Below, piece by piece: positions 29,699-38,453 of a DNA stretch of 64,000 nucleotides. Within the stretch, counting starts at the first letter, position 1. The number at the start of each line of letters is the position of its first letter. A program made the translations under genes and the position numbers. Under the pieces are notes generated by a model. That model was not told where the DNA came from. It did not search any database and worked only from the letters and a program-made list of their open reading frames with translations. Source of the stretch: an uncultured cyanobacterium (GTDB taxonomy: Bacteria; Cyanobacteriota; Cyanobacteriia; Pseudanabaenales; Pseudanabaenaceae); the NCBI GenBank assembly GCA_963703315.1, contig OY969811.1, positions 1,568,001 through 1,632,000 of the forward strand, read 5' to 3'.

Positions 29699-29771
29699 TC
29701 GCCATGATATAGAGCAAACTTATAGTTACGCTATACTAGCTAATGATTCCAACTTTCGCAGGATTGGGAAA

Positions 29772-30029
29772 ATGAACATTGCTTTAAAGCCAGAACAGGA
29801 AAATTTTATTCTCGCCAAACTTCAAGATGGCAAGTATCAGAGTGTTGACTCTCTCCTAGCTTTTGCATTTCAACTACTAGAAGAACATGAAGCCAAACAA
29901 CAAAAGTTGAGCGAACTAAGAAAAAAAATTGCTGAAGGAATGGAGCAAATCAAACAAGGCGATGTCGTTGATGGTGAATTAGTATTTCAACAATTACAGG
30001 TCAAACTAGAGCAGATGAGTCAAAAATAA
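29772..30029 (+). CDS. parD: ParD-like ribbon-helix-helix antitoxin
   Basis: MNIALKPEQENFI...GKYQS...LRKKIAEG; ATG at 29772. Confidence 0.82.
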   Translation: MNIALKPEQENFILAKLQDGKYQSVDSLLAFAFQLLEEHEAKQQKLSELRKKIAEGMEQIKQGDVVDGELVFQQLQVKLEQMSQK

Positions 30030-30041
30030 AAAAGATTCATT

Positions 30042-30353
30042 ATGTCTAGCTACTCCTTCTCAAAAATAGCCATCAAAGATCTAGACGATATCTGCACATT
30101 TATTGGACAGATCAATCCAAAAGCTGCGAGTAATCTATTTGATAATATTCGTCAAAAATGTAAGCTCGTTGCTAGTTTCCCCAACATGGGCAAAAACTAC
30201 ACTTGGATTGCTGCCAATTTGCGTGGTTTCACAATAGATGATTACATCGTCTTTTACTATCCTCGTAACGATGGCATTGATATCATTCGAGTGATATCTG
30301 GGAAACGAGATCTTGAGTCCATATTTGAAGAATTTACTGATGAAAATAATTAG
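30042..30353 (+). CDS. parE: ParE/RelE family toxin
   Basis: AIKDLDDI, FPNMG, YIVFY, IIRVISGKRD. Confidence 0.9.
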   Translation: MSSYSFSKIAIKDLDDICTFIGQINPKAASNLFDNIRQKCKLVASFPNMGKNYTWIAANLRGFTIDDYIVFYYPRNDGIDIIRVISGKRDLESIFEEFTDENN

Positions 30354-30363
30354 TATCTTTTTA

Positions 30364-30534
30364 CGATGCCGATCTTTTAGATTTACATCCATTTCAAAAT
30401 ATTTCTATCATTAAAGCCGCTAGTTTTTTAACTGTGATCGCGCTACATTCTTGACCTCGTTAAGTGCGATCGCGCGAGTAAGTGTGGAGTCCGTTAAAAT
30501 TGTGAATAGCTTACTACCATTGAATGAGAGATAG
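30364..30534 (+). repeat. Duplicated PIN-gene 3' end plus repeat copy 4 (type ISP 3'-end remnant)
   Basis: 30364-30479 is near-identical to 28867-28980; then encodes IARVSVESVKIVNSLLPLNER*. Confidence 0.85.
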
Positions 30535-30608
30535 AAAATTTTGCTATAATTCACCATAATGGCACTTCATGAATTGCCCCTTACCATTACTAAAAACATC
30601 AACCCACC

Positions 30609-30767
30609 ATGAAAGCCTCTTTAATCAAGATCAAAAAACCTAGCAAAGAAGACCTCCTTGCTTTCCGCCGTTCTTCTCAAAAAATGGCTGAATTATTAAA
30701 AGCTCACGGCATTAGCGAAGACGACATCATTGCCGAATTTAACGCTCTGCGTAAACAAGCAAGATGA
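30609..30767 (+). CDS. Small putative antitoxin (52 aa, below the ORF-track cutoff)
   Basis: MKASLIKIKKPSKEDLLAFRRSSQKMAELLKAHGISEDDIIAEFNALRKQAR, directly before a PIN remnant. Confidence 0.6.
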   Translation: MKASLIKIKKPSKEDLLAFRRSSQKMAELLKAHGISEDDIIAEFNALRKQAR

Positions 30768-30927
30768 AGCGCAAAGACGCATTAAAGCAAGAGATCCTAA
30801 CGATTGGGAAGTGGTTGCCTTAGCCATGCACTTTGATTGTCCAATTTGGACAGAAGACAAAGACTTTTTTGGAATTGGCATCGCCACATGGAACAGCCAA
30901 AACGTAGAAATTTATCTTATGCAATGA
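30764..30927 (+). pseudogene. C-terminal half of a PIN-domain toxin
   Basis: RDPNDWEVVALA...IWTEDKDFFG; the N-terminal DTN/DAN motif is missing. Confidence 0.7.
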
Positions 30928-30978
30928 TTAGTAATCGATACCAATCACTGAGATTAGCGATCGCTATTACAAAAACAA

Positions 30979-31455
30979 CTAACCTTCAGGCAAAAAATCC
31001 TCATCTAGCGTTTGCTCAGGAGTAAAGGGAGACTCAATTGGGAAAGTGGCGATCGCTAATCCTGTTTCGGCACTAGCTAACTTCCTTGCACTTAGATAGC
31101 ACTCAGCAAACTCCTGCAAAAAATATCGCTTCAAGCTAGGACTATATTTAAAGGCTTTGTGCAATCTGAGGCGATGTTCGATAATCGTATAACGCCAACT
31201 ATTAGAGCGCTTAGCAGGCTGATATTTATATTTGAGAAGATGCATCAGCAAAACTTCTAAATTACTTTCGATCGCTTGTTTTTGACTGCCACCCATTCCT
31301 TCAAGTTCTGTAACTAAATTCTCAATATCTATCCCTGCAAAATTTTGCGATCGCAACAAATCAACTGCTTGATCTAACCAAAGAGCATAGTCTTGCTCAT
31401 ACAACGCTCCATGATTAGCCGCATCTGTAACTGTATTAGAGAAAGTAACAGTCAT
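30979..31455 (-). CDS. DUF29 domain protein
   Basis: LYEQDYALW, HLLKYKYQ, SNSW, SPSLK, ETGL. Confidence 0.9.
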   Translation of the reverse strand: MTVTFSNTVTDAANHGALYEQDYALWLDQAVDLLRSQNFAGIDIENLVTELEGMGGSQKQAIESNLEVLLMHLLKYKYQPAKRSNSWRYTIIEHRLRLHKAFKYSPSLKRYFLQEFAECYLSARKLASAETGLAIATFPIESPFTPEQTLDEDFLPEG

Positions 31456-31511
31456 ATATATGGTTTAGGCAAATCTTACTGAAAGTATAGCAAATACAAA
31501 TCCCTGTGATT

Positions 31512-32471
31512 CTACGCAAGTGATAGTTCACCCACTGCTTCTAATCGGCTATATTTGCCCACAGAAAGAAAAGACTCTTCTAAAGTCTGAGCAACGGTAG
31601 GATTAATCCATCCTAATTGTTTTAATAAATGGATAGAAGCCGCAATTTTGGCTCTTTTAGATCCATCCATCACCTTGATTGCTAACCCCAAACCTTCACC
31701 AATGCGCCCAATACATTGCACACCTTCTGCACCCGATTTACTGACAATTTCGCCATTAGTGAGACGCATTAGTTCTGTATCAAACTGACCATCTCCAGAA
31801 ACCATTTCAGGATGACGAGTCATAGCGCGAGTGATTCTCTCTAGATGCAATTGATCATGGTTAGAAAGTAACGCATAGAGTCGTGCTAGTTGGCTAATTT
31901 CTAATAGATACGTTGGCACACCGCAATCATCATGGGCGCAGATAAACTCAGCAGCAGGCATATGCAAGAGATCTGCCATTGTACTCAAAATCAGTTTCTG
32001 GACAGGGTGATGGCGATCCATATAAGAAGAAATTTGCCATCCTTGCTGTTTGCAGATGGCGATCATCCCTGCGTGTTTACCAGAACAATTGTGCTGAAGT
32101 GGACTTTTTTGACACTCTGGTACTGGACATTGCAAGGCACTTGGCTCAACGTCACACCGCCAGAGAATGCTAAAAACTTGTCTTGCTTGGGCGATCGTGC
32201 CTTGGTGCGAACCGCAGATAATGGCGAGGTCAGTTTCTGAAAGGTTAAATCGCTGCTGTGCGCCAGATATCGAGATGGGTAACGCTTGAATTGGTTTGAG
32301 ACAAGAACGGGCAAAAGTAGTTGTTTGCGGATCTCCTGCGGCAGAGAGAATCCTTCCCCGCGTATCAACGACCGCCGCTTGGCAAGAGTGGATAGACTCG
32401 ACTATTCCCTCACGTAGTAATTGCACGGTAATTTTGTTAGCGGAAAAACGATTGCGCTTGCCAAGGTTCAT
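31512..32471 (-). CDS. L-asparaginase II family protein
   Basis: RSCLKPIQA, HNCSGKHAG, DDCGVP, SKSGAEG. Confidence 0.9.
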   Translation of the reverse strand: MNLGKRNRFSANKITVQLLREGIVESIHSCQAAVVDTRGRILSAAGDPQTTTFARSCLKPIQALPISISGAQQRFNLSETDLAIICGSHQGTIAQARQVFSILWRCDVEPSALQCPVPECQKSPLQHNCSGKHAGMIAICKQQGWQISSYMDRHHPVQKLILSTMADLLHMPAAEFICAHDDCGVPTYLLEISQLARLYALLSNHDQLHLERITRAMTRHPEMVSGDGQFDTELMRLTNGEIVSKSGAEGVQCIGRIGEGLGLAIKVMDGSKRAKIAASIHLLKQLGWINPTVAQTLEESFLSVGKYSRLEAVGELSLA

Positions 32472-32561
32472 AAGTTACTGCTTTAGGATCGCCATCATAA
32501 TCCTACGGTAAGGTTAAGATATGTGTGAAGATATGTAACAATTATAGATATAAGTACATAT

Positions 32562-33464
32562 ATGGTTTTAGCAAGTACAGAAGCGATCGCTGGACAATAT
32601 TGGCTTTGGCGCGATCAAAAAATTTATTTTGTCAAAGCGGGGAATAATTCTCAACGCCCCCCATTACTTTTAGTGCATGGTTTTGGTGCATCTACCGATC
32701 ATTGGCGCAAGAATATTGCGGAACTCAGCCAAGAGTTTGAAGTATATGCGATCGATTTGTTAGGCTTTGGGCGATCGCAAAAACCCGCATGGCAATATAG
32801 CGGCGATCTGTGGCGCAATCAACTCCATGATTTTATTAGCGAAAAAATTCAACGCCCGACCATAATCGCTGGCAACTCCCTCGGTGGTTACGCCTCGTTA
32901 TGCGTTGCGGCTGAGCATCCTCAATCAGTGGCAGGGATTATCCTGCTCAATAGTGCAGGTCCCTTCACCGATACTAATCCTCTTGGCGCAAAAAAGGTAA
33001 ATCCCATCCAAAAAGCAATTAGTAAGACTCTTCAAGGAGTTTTGCGTCAACCTGGGGCAAACCAATTACTGTTTGCCTTTGTGCGTCAAAAATCACGCAT
33101 TCGTAGTACTTTGAAAAAAGTATATCTAGATCAATCTGCTGTCACTGAGCAATTAGTTGAAGATATTTATCGTCCTTCTTGCGATGAAGGGGCTGCCCAA
33201 GTTTTTGCATCAGTTTTTAGCACCCCTCAAGGCAAAAAAGTAGATGAATTACTAGGAGCGATGACCTGTCCCTTATTAGTAATTTGGGGTGAAGGTGATC
33301 CGTGGATGAATGCCCGTGCGAGGGGCGCGAAATTTCGAGAGTTCTATGCTTCTCTCACCGAACATTACATTCAATCTGGGCATTGTCCTCACGATGAAAG
33401 CCCAGAGGCGGTCAATGCACTAATCAGATCTTGGTACGCATCAACCTTCCTAGTGAATAATTAG
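32562..33464 (+). CDS. Alpha/beta hydrolase
   Basis: HGFGAS, DLLGFG, GNSLGG, GHCPHDE. Confidence 0.92.
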   Translation: MVLASTEAIAGQYWLWRDQKIYFVKAGNNSQRPPLLLVHGFGASTDHWRKNIAELSQEFEVYAIDLLGFGRSQKPAWQYSGDLWRNQLHDFISEKIQRPTIIAGNSLGGYASLCVAAEHPQSVAGIILLNSAGPFTDTNPLGAKKVNPIQKAISKTLQGVLRQPGANQLLFAFVRQKSRIRSTLKKVYLDQSAVTEQLVEDIYRPSCDEGAAQVFASVFSTPQGKKVDELLGAMTCPLLVIWGEGDPWMNARARGAKFREFYASLTEHYIQSGHCPHDESPEAVNALIRSWYASTFLVNN

Positions 33465-33516
33465 AGTTGTGCGGCAAAGCCGCACAACTCTAATTATTTG
33501 ATTTATTAAGAAATAA

Positions 33517-33873
33517 ATGGCAACTTGGCAATGTATTAGTGGATGTGGGGCTTGTTGTAATCTCGATCCGAGCGATCGCCCTGATCTTGCAGATTACCTC
33601 ACCCCCGCAGAATTACAGCAGTATTTGAGCATGGTTGGTGTTGATGGTTGGTGTATTAACTTCGATCGCCTAAATCGCCAATGTTTAATTTACGAACAAC
33701 GTCCTCGCTTCTGTCGCGTAGAGACAGAGACTTTTTACGATATGTTTGGCATTGAGCCAGAAGAACTAGATGAATTTGCGATCGCCTGTTGTGAAGAACA
33801 CATCGAATCTATTTATGGCGAGAAATCATTGGAAATATTACGTTTTGAGCAAGCAATCACGAAAAAACTTTAG
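33517..33873 (+). CDS. YkgJ family cysteine cluster protein
   Basis: Cxxx[17 protein letters not shown]. Confidence 0.9.
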   Translation: MATWQCISGCGACCNLDPSDRPDLADYLTPAELQQYLSMVGVDGWCINFDRLNRQCLIYEQRPRFCRVETETFYDMFGIEPEELDEFAIACCEEHIESIYGEKSLEILRFEQAITKKL

Positions 33874-34855
33874 TTTTTAGAGGCTTGATATAAACCTCTT
33901 TTTTAGGATGTAAACCTAGACGATCAAAGCGATCTCGCTCTAGTTTGACAATCAATCTTTGATCGTCTTTGAGAACTAGTTCTGCTTGACCTTCCCAACC
34001 AAGGTTATAGGCATAGCTGACAGTCGCAGGAGCAAAACTGGTAGCGGGTTCTGATTGAATGACTAAATCATGGGGACGCAAGAATACTTGATGATGGTCT
34101 TCAATTTCGAGATGGGGGAAGTGGCGACGCGCACTCGAAATGATATTGGTTTCACCGATAAAGCGCATCACAAATTCGGAAGCAGGATGATCGTAGATTT
34201 CCGCAGGTGTGCCAATCTGCTCGACTTTACCATGATTCATAATCACCACGCGATCGGCAACTTCCATTGCTTCTTCTTGGTCGTGAGTCACAAAAATTGT
34301 CGTTACATGAACTTGATCATGAAGGTCACGGAGCCATGTGCGTAATTCTTTGCGAACCTTGGCATCTAAAGCACCAAATGGTTCATCTAGTAATAGAGTT
34401 TTCGGTTGAGCAGCTAGCGATCGCGCTAGGGCAACTCTCTGACGCTGACCACCTGAGAGTTGCGAAGGATAGCGATCGCCTAAGCCTCTAAGTTGAATCA
34501 GTTCTAGCAGTTCTTCAACTTTTTCTTTTACTTTCGATTTAGAAATTTTGCGAATGTTTAAACCAAAGGCAATATTTTGGCGAATGGTCAAATGCTTAAA
34601 CAAGGCATAGTGCTGAAATACAAAGCCAATTTGACGTTCTTGCACCGATCTAAAGGTGGCATCTTCATTCTCGATCCAGACCTGACCGCGATCGGGCGTT
34701 TCCAAACCTGCCATGATGCGTAATAGTGTCGATTTACCTGAACCAGAAGGACCTAGCAGTGCCACAAGAGAGTCGCTTTCCACTTCTAGACTAACGTGAT
34801 CAACTGCCTGAAAATCGCCAAATCTCTTAGAAATATCTTGAACCAGAATGCTCAT
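33857..34855 (-). CDS. cysA: Sulfate/thiosulfate ABC transporter ATP-binding protein
   Basis: [44 protein letters not shown]-like C-terminus. Confidence 0.92.
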   Translation of the reverse strand: MSILVQDISKRFGDFQAVDHVSLEVESDSLVALLGPSGSGKSTLLRIMAGLETPDRGQVWIENEDATFRSVQERQIGFVFQHYALFKHLTIRQNIAFGLNIRKISKSKVKEKVEELLELIQLRGLGDRYPSQLSGGQRQRVALARSLAAQPKTLLLDEPFGALDAKVRKELRTWLRDLHDQVHVTTIFVTHDQEEAMEVADRVVIMNHGKVEQIGTPAEIYDHPASEFVMRFIGETNIISSARRHFPHLEIEDHHQVFLRPHDLVIQSEPATSFAPATVSYAYNLGWEGQAELVLKDDQRLIVKLERDRFDRLGLHPKKEVYIKPLKTKVFS

Positions 34856-34908
34856 TGTGCCTCACAGCATCAAAAATAAGTGACTTAAAATAGTCTTAAC
34901 ATTAAAAG

Positions 34909-34938
34909 TACTATATGTCTATGTAATTACCGTAGATT
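34909..34938 (+). promoter_or_regulatory. Putative sulfur-regulon motif, copy A
   Basis: TACTAT-N13-TACCGTAGATT, aligned with 36698 and 37955. Confidence 0.5.
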
Positions 34939-34963
34939 ATACGGTAAACTACAGTTAATTAAC

Positions 34964-35893
34964 TTGATGAACCCACCAATGCAAGTACCTGAGATCAAAG
35001 CTGTGAATGATTTGCGATCGCCTCATGACCAAATAAATAGCCAAATTAGCAACCAAATAAATCGCAAAAGCGATCGCCAAAATGCTGACTTTGCCATGTT
35101 TCAGCTTGTAATGGCATTGATCTTATGCACCGCTTTTGTCTGTTGCTTTTTTGTGGTGGTGAATGCAGGGGAACGCGGCGTATTGATGCAATTTGGTAAA
35201 GTCCAGTTGCAAATTCTGGATGAGGGTATTCATCCGATTATCCCGATCGCCCAAACCGTGAAAAAGATGAGTGTACGGGTGCAGAAACAAGAAATTTCGG
35301 CTGAAGCTTCATCTAAGGATTTGCAAGAAGTATTTACGGATGTGGCGCTAAATTGGCACATTATTCCTGCACAAGCGAATGTAATTTTTCAAGAAATTGG
35401 CGATCAAGTGGCAATCATTGATCGGATTATTGATCCTGCGGTGGAAGAGGTTTTAAAAGCAGTGATGGCGGAATATACTGCCGAAGAAATCATTACTAAA
35501 CGTGGCAATGTCAAAAATGAGGTGGATACGCTGTTAACTTCGCGATTATCGGGCTATCACATTGCAGTTGATGATATTTCTCTAGTTCATGTGCATTTTT
35601 CGCAACGTTTTAGTGATGCGGTGGAAGCGAAACAAATCGCCGAGCAGGATGCGAAACGTGCCGATTTTATTGCCCTCAAAGCGATTAAAGAAGCAGAGGC
35701 GAAAGTCAATCTAGCGCGGGGTGAAGGTGAAGCTCAAAGAATTTTGCGAGAAACTTTATCTCCTGAGTTATTACAAAAACAGGCGATCGATAAGTGGAAT
35801 GGCAATTTGCCTTTAGTCGTTGGTGAAGGCAATAGAAGAGTATTAGATGTCAATCGTTTGATTGAGAGCAATATCCCTAAAGGTTTACCCTAA
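34964..35893 (+). CDS. Prohibitin/SPFH (band 7) family protein
   Basis: AGERGV, SKDLQ, AVEAKQIAEQ, DKWNG; true start may be downstream. Confidence 0.9.
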   Translation: MMNPPMQVPEIKAVNDLRSPHDQINSQISNQINRKSDRQNADFAMFQLVMALILCTAFVCCFFVVVNAGERGVLMQFGKVQLQILDEGIHPIIPIAQTVKKMSVRVQKQEISAEASSKDLQEVFTDVALNWHIIPAQANVIFQEIGDQVAIIDRIIDPAVEEVLKAVMAEYTAEEIITKRGNVKNEVDTLLTSRLSGYHIAVDDISLVHVHFSQRFSDAVEAKQIAEQDAKRADFIALKAIKEAEAKVNLARGEGEAQRILRETLSPELLQKQAIDKWNGNLPLVVGEGNRRVLDVNRLIESNIPKGLP

Positions 35894-36445
35894 ATCAACA
35901 CCTTCATAAATTGCGGCAATGGGAATCTCGATATTAATACTTTGGAATTCAATGGTTTCGCCTGTCGTATAGGTTTGTAATAGCCAGAATTTGCGATCGC
36001 GACGGCGAAATACTTCTACTCGTTGTTCCCATTGACTAACTAATACATATTCTTGTAAAGACTCAATAGTTTGATAATGGGCGAATTTCACACCACGATC
36101 TTTTGCTTCTGTCGATTCCGACAGCACCTCAATAATCAGGCATGGATAGTTTTTATGCTTTTTATTCAGGCGATCGCGTTCATCACAGGTCACTAGCAAA
36201 TCGGGATAGTAATAAATATTTTTTGTAGTTATCTCAACCTTCATATCTGAAGAAAAAGATCTACATTGACTACCTCGCAATTTAGGCACAAGAATCGTAG
36301 TGAAATTATCAGTGATCACAATATGACTTTCACTAGCTCCAGCCATTGCATAAATTAGTTCATTAACATACTCATGCTTTTCTTCTTGCTGTTCTTCCCA
36401 TTGCAAATATTCATCAGCAGAAAAATAGTTGGCGATCGCAATCAT
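35885..36445 (-). CDS. Uma2 family (PD-(D/E)xK-like) protein
   Basis: AMAGASESH, YYPD, IIEVLSEST, EYVLV. Confidence 0.9.
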   Translation of the reverse strand: MIAIANYFSADEYLQWEEQQEEKHEYVNELIYAMAGASESHIVITDNFTTILVPKLRGSQCRSFSSDMKVEITTKNIYYYPDLLVTCDERDRLNKKHKNYPCLIIEVLSESTEAKDRGVKFAHYQTIESLQEYVLVSQWEQRVEVFRRRDRKFWLLQTYTTGETIEFQSINIEIPIAAIYEGVDLG

Positions 36446-36564
36446 CGTTTTTCTCTGGTAACAGATAAGAATATTTTCTCATAAGGGTTCTGCAAAAGAA
36501 CCAGATTTTTTGTGGCATGGCTTTGCCATGCCACAAAAAATCTAAAAATCAAACTGTAATATTT

Positions 36565-36668
36565 TAAGTAGCTCAGCATAGTTAAAACTCAAAACCAGAG
36601 CTTGCGCCGCCTGCTACGCAGGCGGCACAAGCTTCTAGGTTTTAAGTTTACTTATGCCTAGCTACTTA
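36565..36668. repeat. Palindromic MITE/REPIN-like element, left flank of the sulfurtransferase gene
   Basis: Terminal inverted repeats taagtagct...agctactta; near-identical direct copy at 37743-37848. Confidence 0.88.
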
Positions 36669-36697
36669 GGGGCAGTTCGGGATGATAGAATAAAAAC

Positions 36698-36727
36698 TAC
36701 TGTATCTACACAGTAATATAGTAGATT
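36698..36727 (+). promoter_or_regulatory. Putative sulfur-regulon motif, copy B
   Basis: TACTGT-N13-TATAGTAGATT. Confidence 0.5.
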
Positions 36728-36764
36728 AAGGCTGTCTAAGCTTTGTTCATTCCCCAAAAACACC

Positions 36765-37742
36765 ATGACCATGATCCGCAAAAACTCTAGAGCAAAGTCG
36801 CTCAGATTTAGGTTTAAACCTCTCGCCTTTATTGCCGCCGCCGTTATGTCTATTGTGGCGATCGCATTTTTCTCATTTTCTCCTCTCGCTGCTCAAAATT
36901 CAGCCACTAAAATCACCTTTGTTCCACCTAGTTGGGTCAGTGCCAATGCCAGCGATCCCAACCTCCGCATTTTAGATGTCAGATGGAATCCTCTCGACTA
37001 TTTCAAAGAACACTTGCCTAATGCCGTCAACTTTGCTGATAACTTAGTGCGAGTTCCTAAAGATGGCTTGCCAGTTCAACTACTTGATTCTGATAAGTTG
37101 GCAGATCTGCTAGCAAAAGCTGGTGTGACTGACAAAAGCAAAGTGCTAGTTTACTCCGAAGGCAATAATGTACTTGGTTCCAGTCAGATTGCCTATGCTC
37201 TAGAACGGATTGGCTTTAAAGGAGAAGTATCGATCCTTGATGGGGGCTTCAATGGTTATAAAGATGATAAGGCTCCCATTACCAAAGCTTTCCCAAAATA
37301 TAAGACAGGTAAGCTGAGTGTCAAAGATGACAAAAATATTCGTGTCACTCTATCTCAAGTAAAGGACTTAATTGGGAAGCCAAATGTAAGGTTTATTGAT
37401 CCTCGTCCTGCTAATGCCTTTGCTGGTGAAGTCGATCTCTTTGTTCGCAATGGTCACATTCCTGGTGCGCGGAATATCCCGTGGCCGACCTTTACCGATC
37501 TCCAAAATCCTCACAAACTCAAGCCTTTAAGCGAAATCGAAAAGATTCTTGCTGATAAGAAAATCAATAAATCACAGGACATTATTATTACTTGCACCAC
37601 AGGAAGAGAAGCTTCGTTGCAATATGTTGTCTTGAAGCATCTGCTGGGCTATCCCAAAGTAAGAGTATATGAAGGTTCTTGGACAGAATATAGTCAATCT
37701 GATTTGCCTGTAGAAACTGGTGCAGAACGTCCATTGACATAG
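36765..37742 (+). CDS. Exported tandem-domain rhodanese/sulfurtransferase (RhdA-like)
   Basis: Signal peptide; ILDVR, LDGG, GHIPGA, catalytic CTTG, YEGSWTEY. Confidence 0.9.
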   Translation: MTMIRKNSRAKSLRFRFKPLAFIAAAVMSIVAIAFFSFSPLAAQNSATKITFVPPSWVSANASDPNLRILDVRWNPLDYFKEHLPNAVNFADNLVRVPKDGLPVQLLDSDKLADLLAKAGVTDKSKVLVYSEGNNVLGSSQIAYALERIGFKGEVSILDGGFNGYKDDKAPITKAFPKYKTGKLSVKDDKNIRVTLSQVKDLIGKPNVRFIDPRPANAFAGEVDLFVRNGHIPGARNIPWPTFTDLQNPHKLKPLSEIEKILADKKINKSQDIIITCTTGREASLQYVVLKHLLGYPKVRVYEGSWTEYSQSDLPVETGAERPLT

Positions 37743-37848
37743 TAAGTAGCTCTCAGCATAGTTAAAACCCAAAACCAGAGCTTGTGCCGCCCGCGTAGCG
37801 GGCGGCACAAGCTTCTAGGTTTTAAGTTTACTTATGCCTAGCTACTTA
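37743..37848. repeat. Palindromic MITE/REPIN-like element, right flank of the sulfurtransferase gene
   Basis: Direct copy of 36565-36668. Confidence 0.88.
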
Positions 37849-37954
37849 TTTAGCATCTGCCGTTAATCCTAAAAACAGAAAAAGAGTCAGCCATTTGGTT
37901 GACTCTTATTTTTATTTGCAGTATTTGCTGCAAATATACAAAGCTAGTATAAAA

Positions 37955-37984
37955 TACGGTAATTACATGATAATACCGTAGATT
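37955..37984 (+). promoter_or_regulatory. Putative sulfur-regulon motif, copy C
   Basis: TACGGT-N13-TACCGTAGATT. Confidence 0.5.
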
Positions 37985-37985
37985 T

Positions 37986-38453
37986 ATGCCAGCTTTAAAA
38001 AATCTTGAAACAACTACCGAGCCAAGTTTAGCGATCGCCCCATTATCAGATCTAAATCCTGTAAAACCTCTTTCTAAGAGCATTTCCCAAAAAATTAAGG
38101 GTGGAATTTTCCTAGCAGTGGGATATTTGCTGTCGCCTCTGTGCTGGTGGAATGACTTGATTATTAATTTGCCGATCGCCTATGGATTTGGCTATGTGAT
38201 TAGTCTTTGGCATTCAGAGTGGTTTTTCCCTGCGGCGATCGCGGGTTATTGGCTGTCAAATCTGGTTGGTATCGTGTTAATGCAGATAGGGGCAAAGGAT
38301 GTCCTGCAAAATACGGTAAAGAAGCGTAGTTTCAAGCAAGAAATTTTTTCGGGTGTCCTGACTTCGACGGCTTACACAGTTGCGATCGTGGCGCTAGTTT
38401 ATTTTCATGTCCTCGACCTGAGCGCGATTTTACCGATTGAGGTTCAACTATGA
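37986..38453 (+). CDS. Hypothetical membrane protein
   Basis: LSPLCWWND motif, TM helices; overlaps the TauE gene start. Confidence 0.75.
   Translation: MPALKNLETTTEPSLAIAPLSDLNPVKPLSKSISQKIKGGIFLAVGYLLSPLCWWNDLIINLPIAYGFGYVISLWHSEWFFPAAIAGYWLSNLVGIVLMQIGAKDVLQNTVKKRSFKQEIFSGVLTSTAYTVAIVALVYFHVLDLSAILPIEVQL

Noticed and set aside
29685..29771. N-terminal extensions of ParD and of the 28282 ORF
   Set aside because: These upstream starts lie in the type ISP remnant repeats; the family-typical starts are at 29772 and 28321.
28132..30534. Possible CRISPR array or integron attC array
   Set aside because: The repeats are long, degenerate, protein-derived and separated by whole genes. No cas or intI gene and no attC-like R/L box symmetry was seen.
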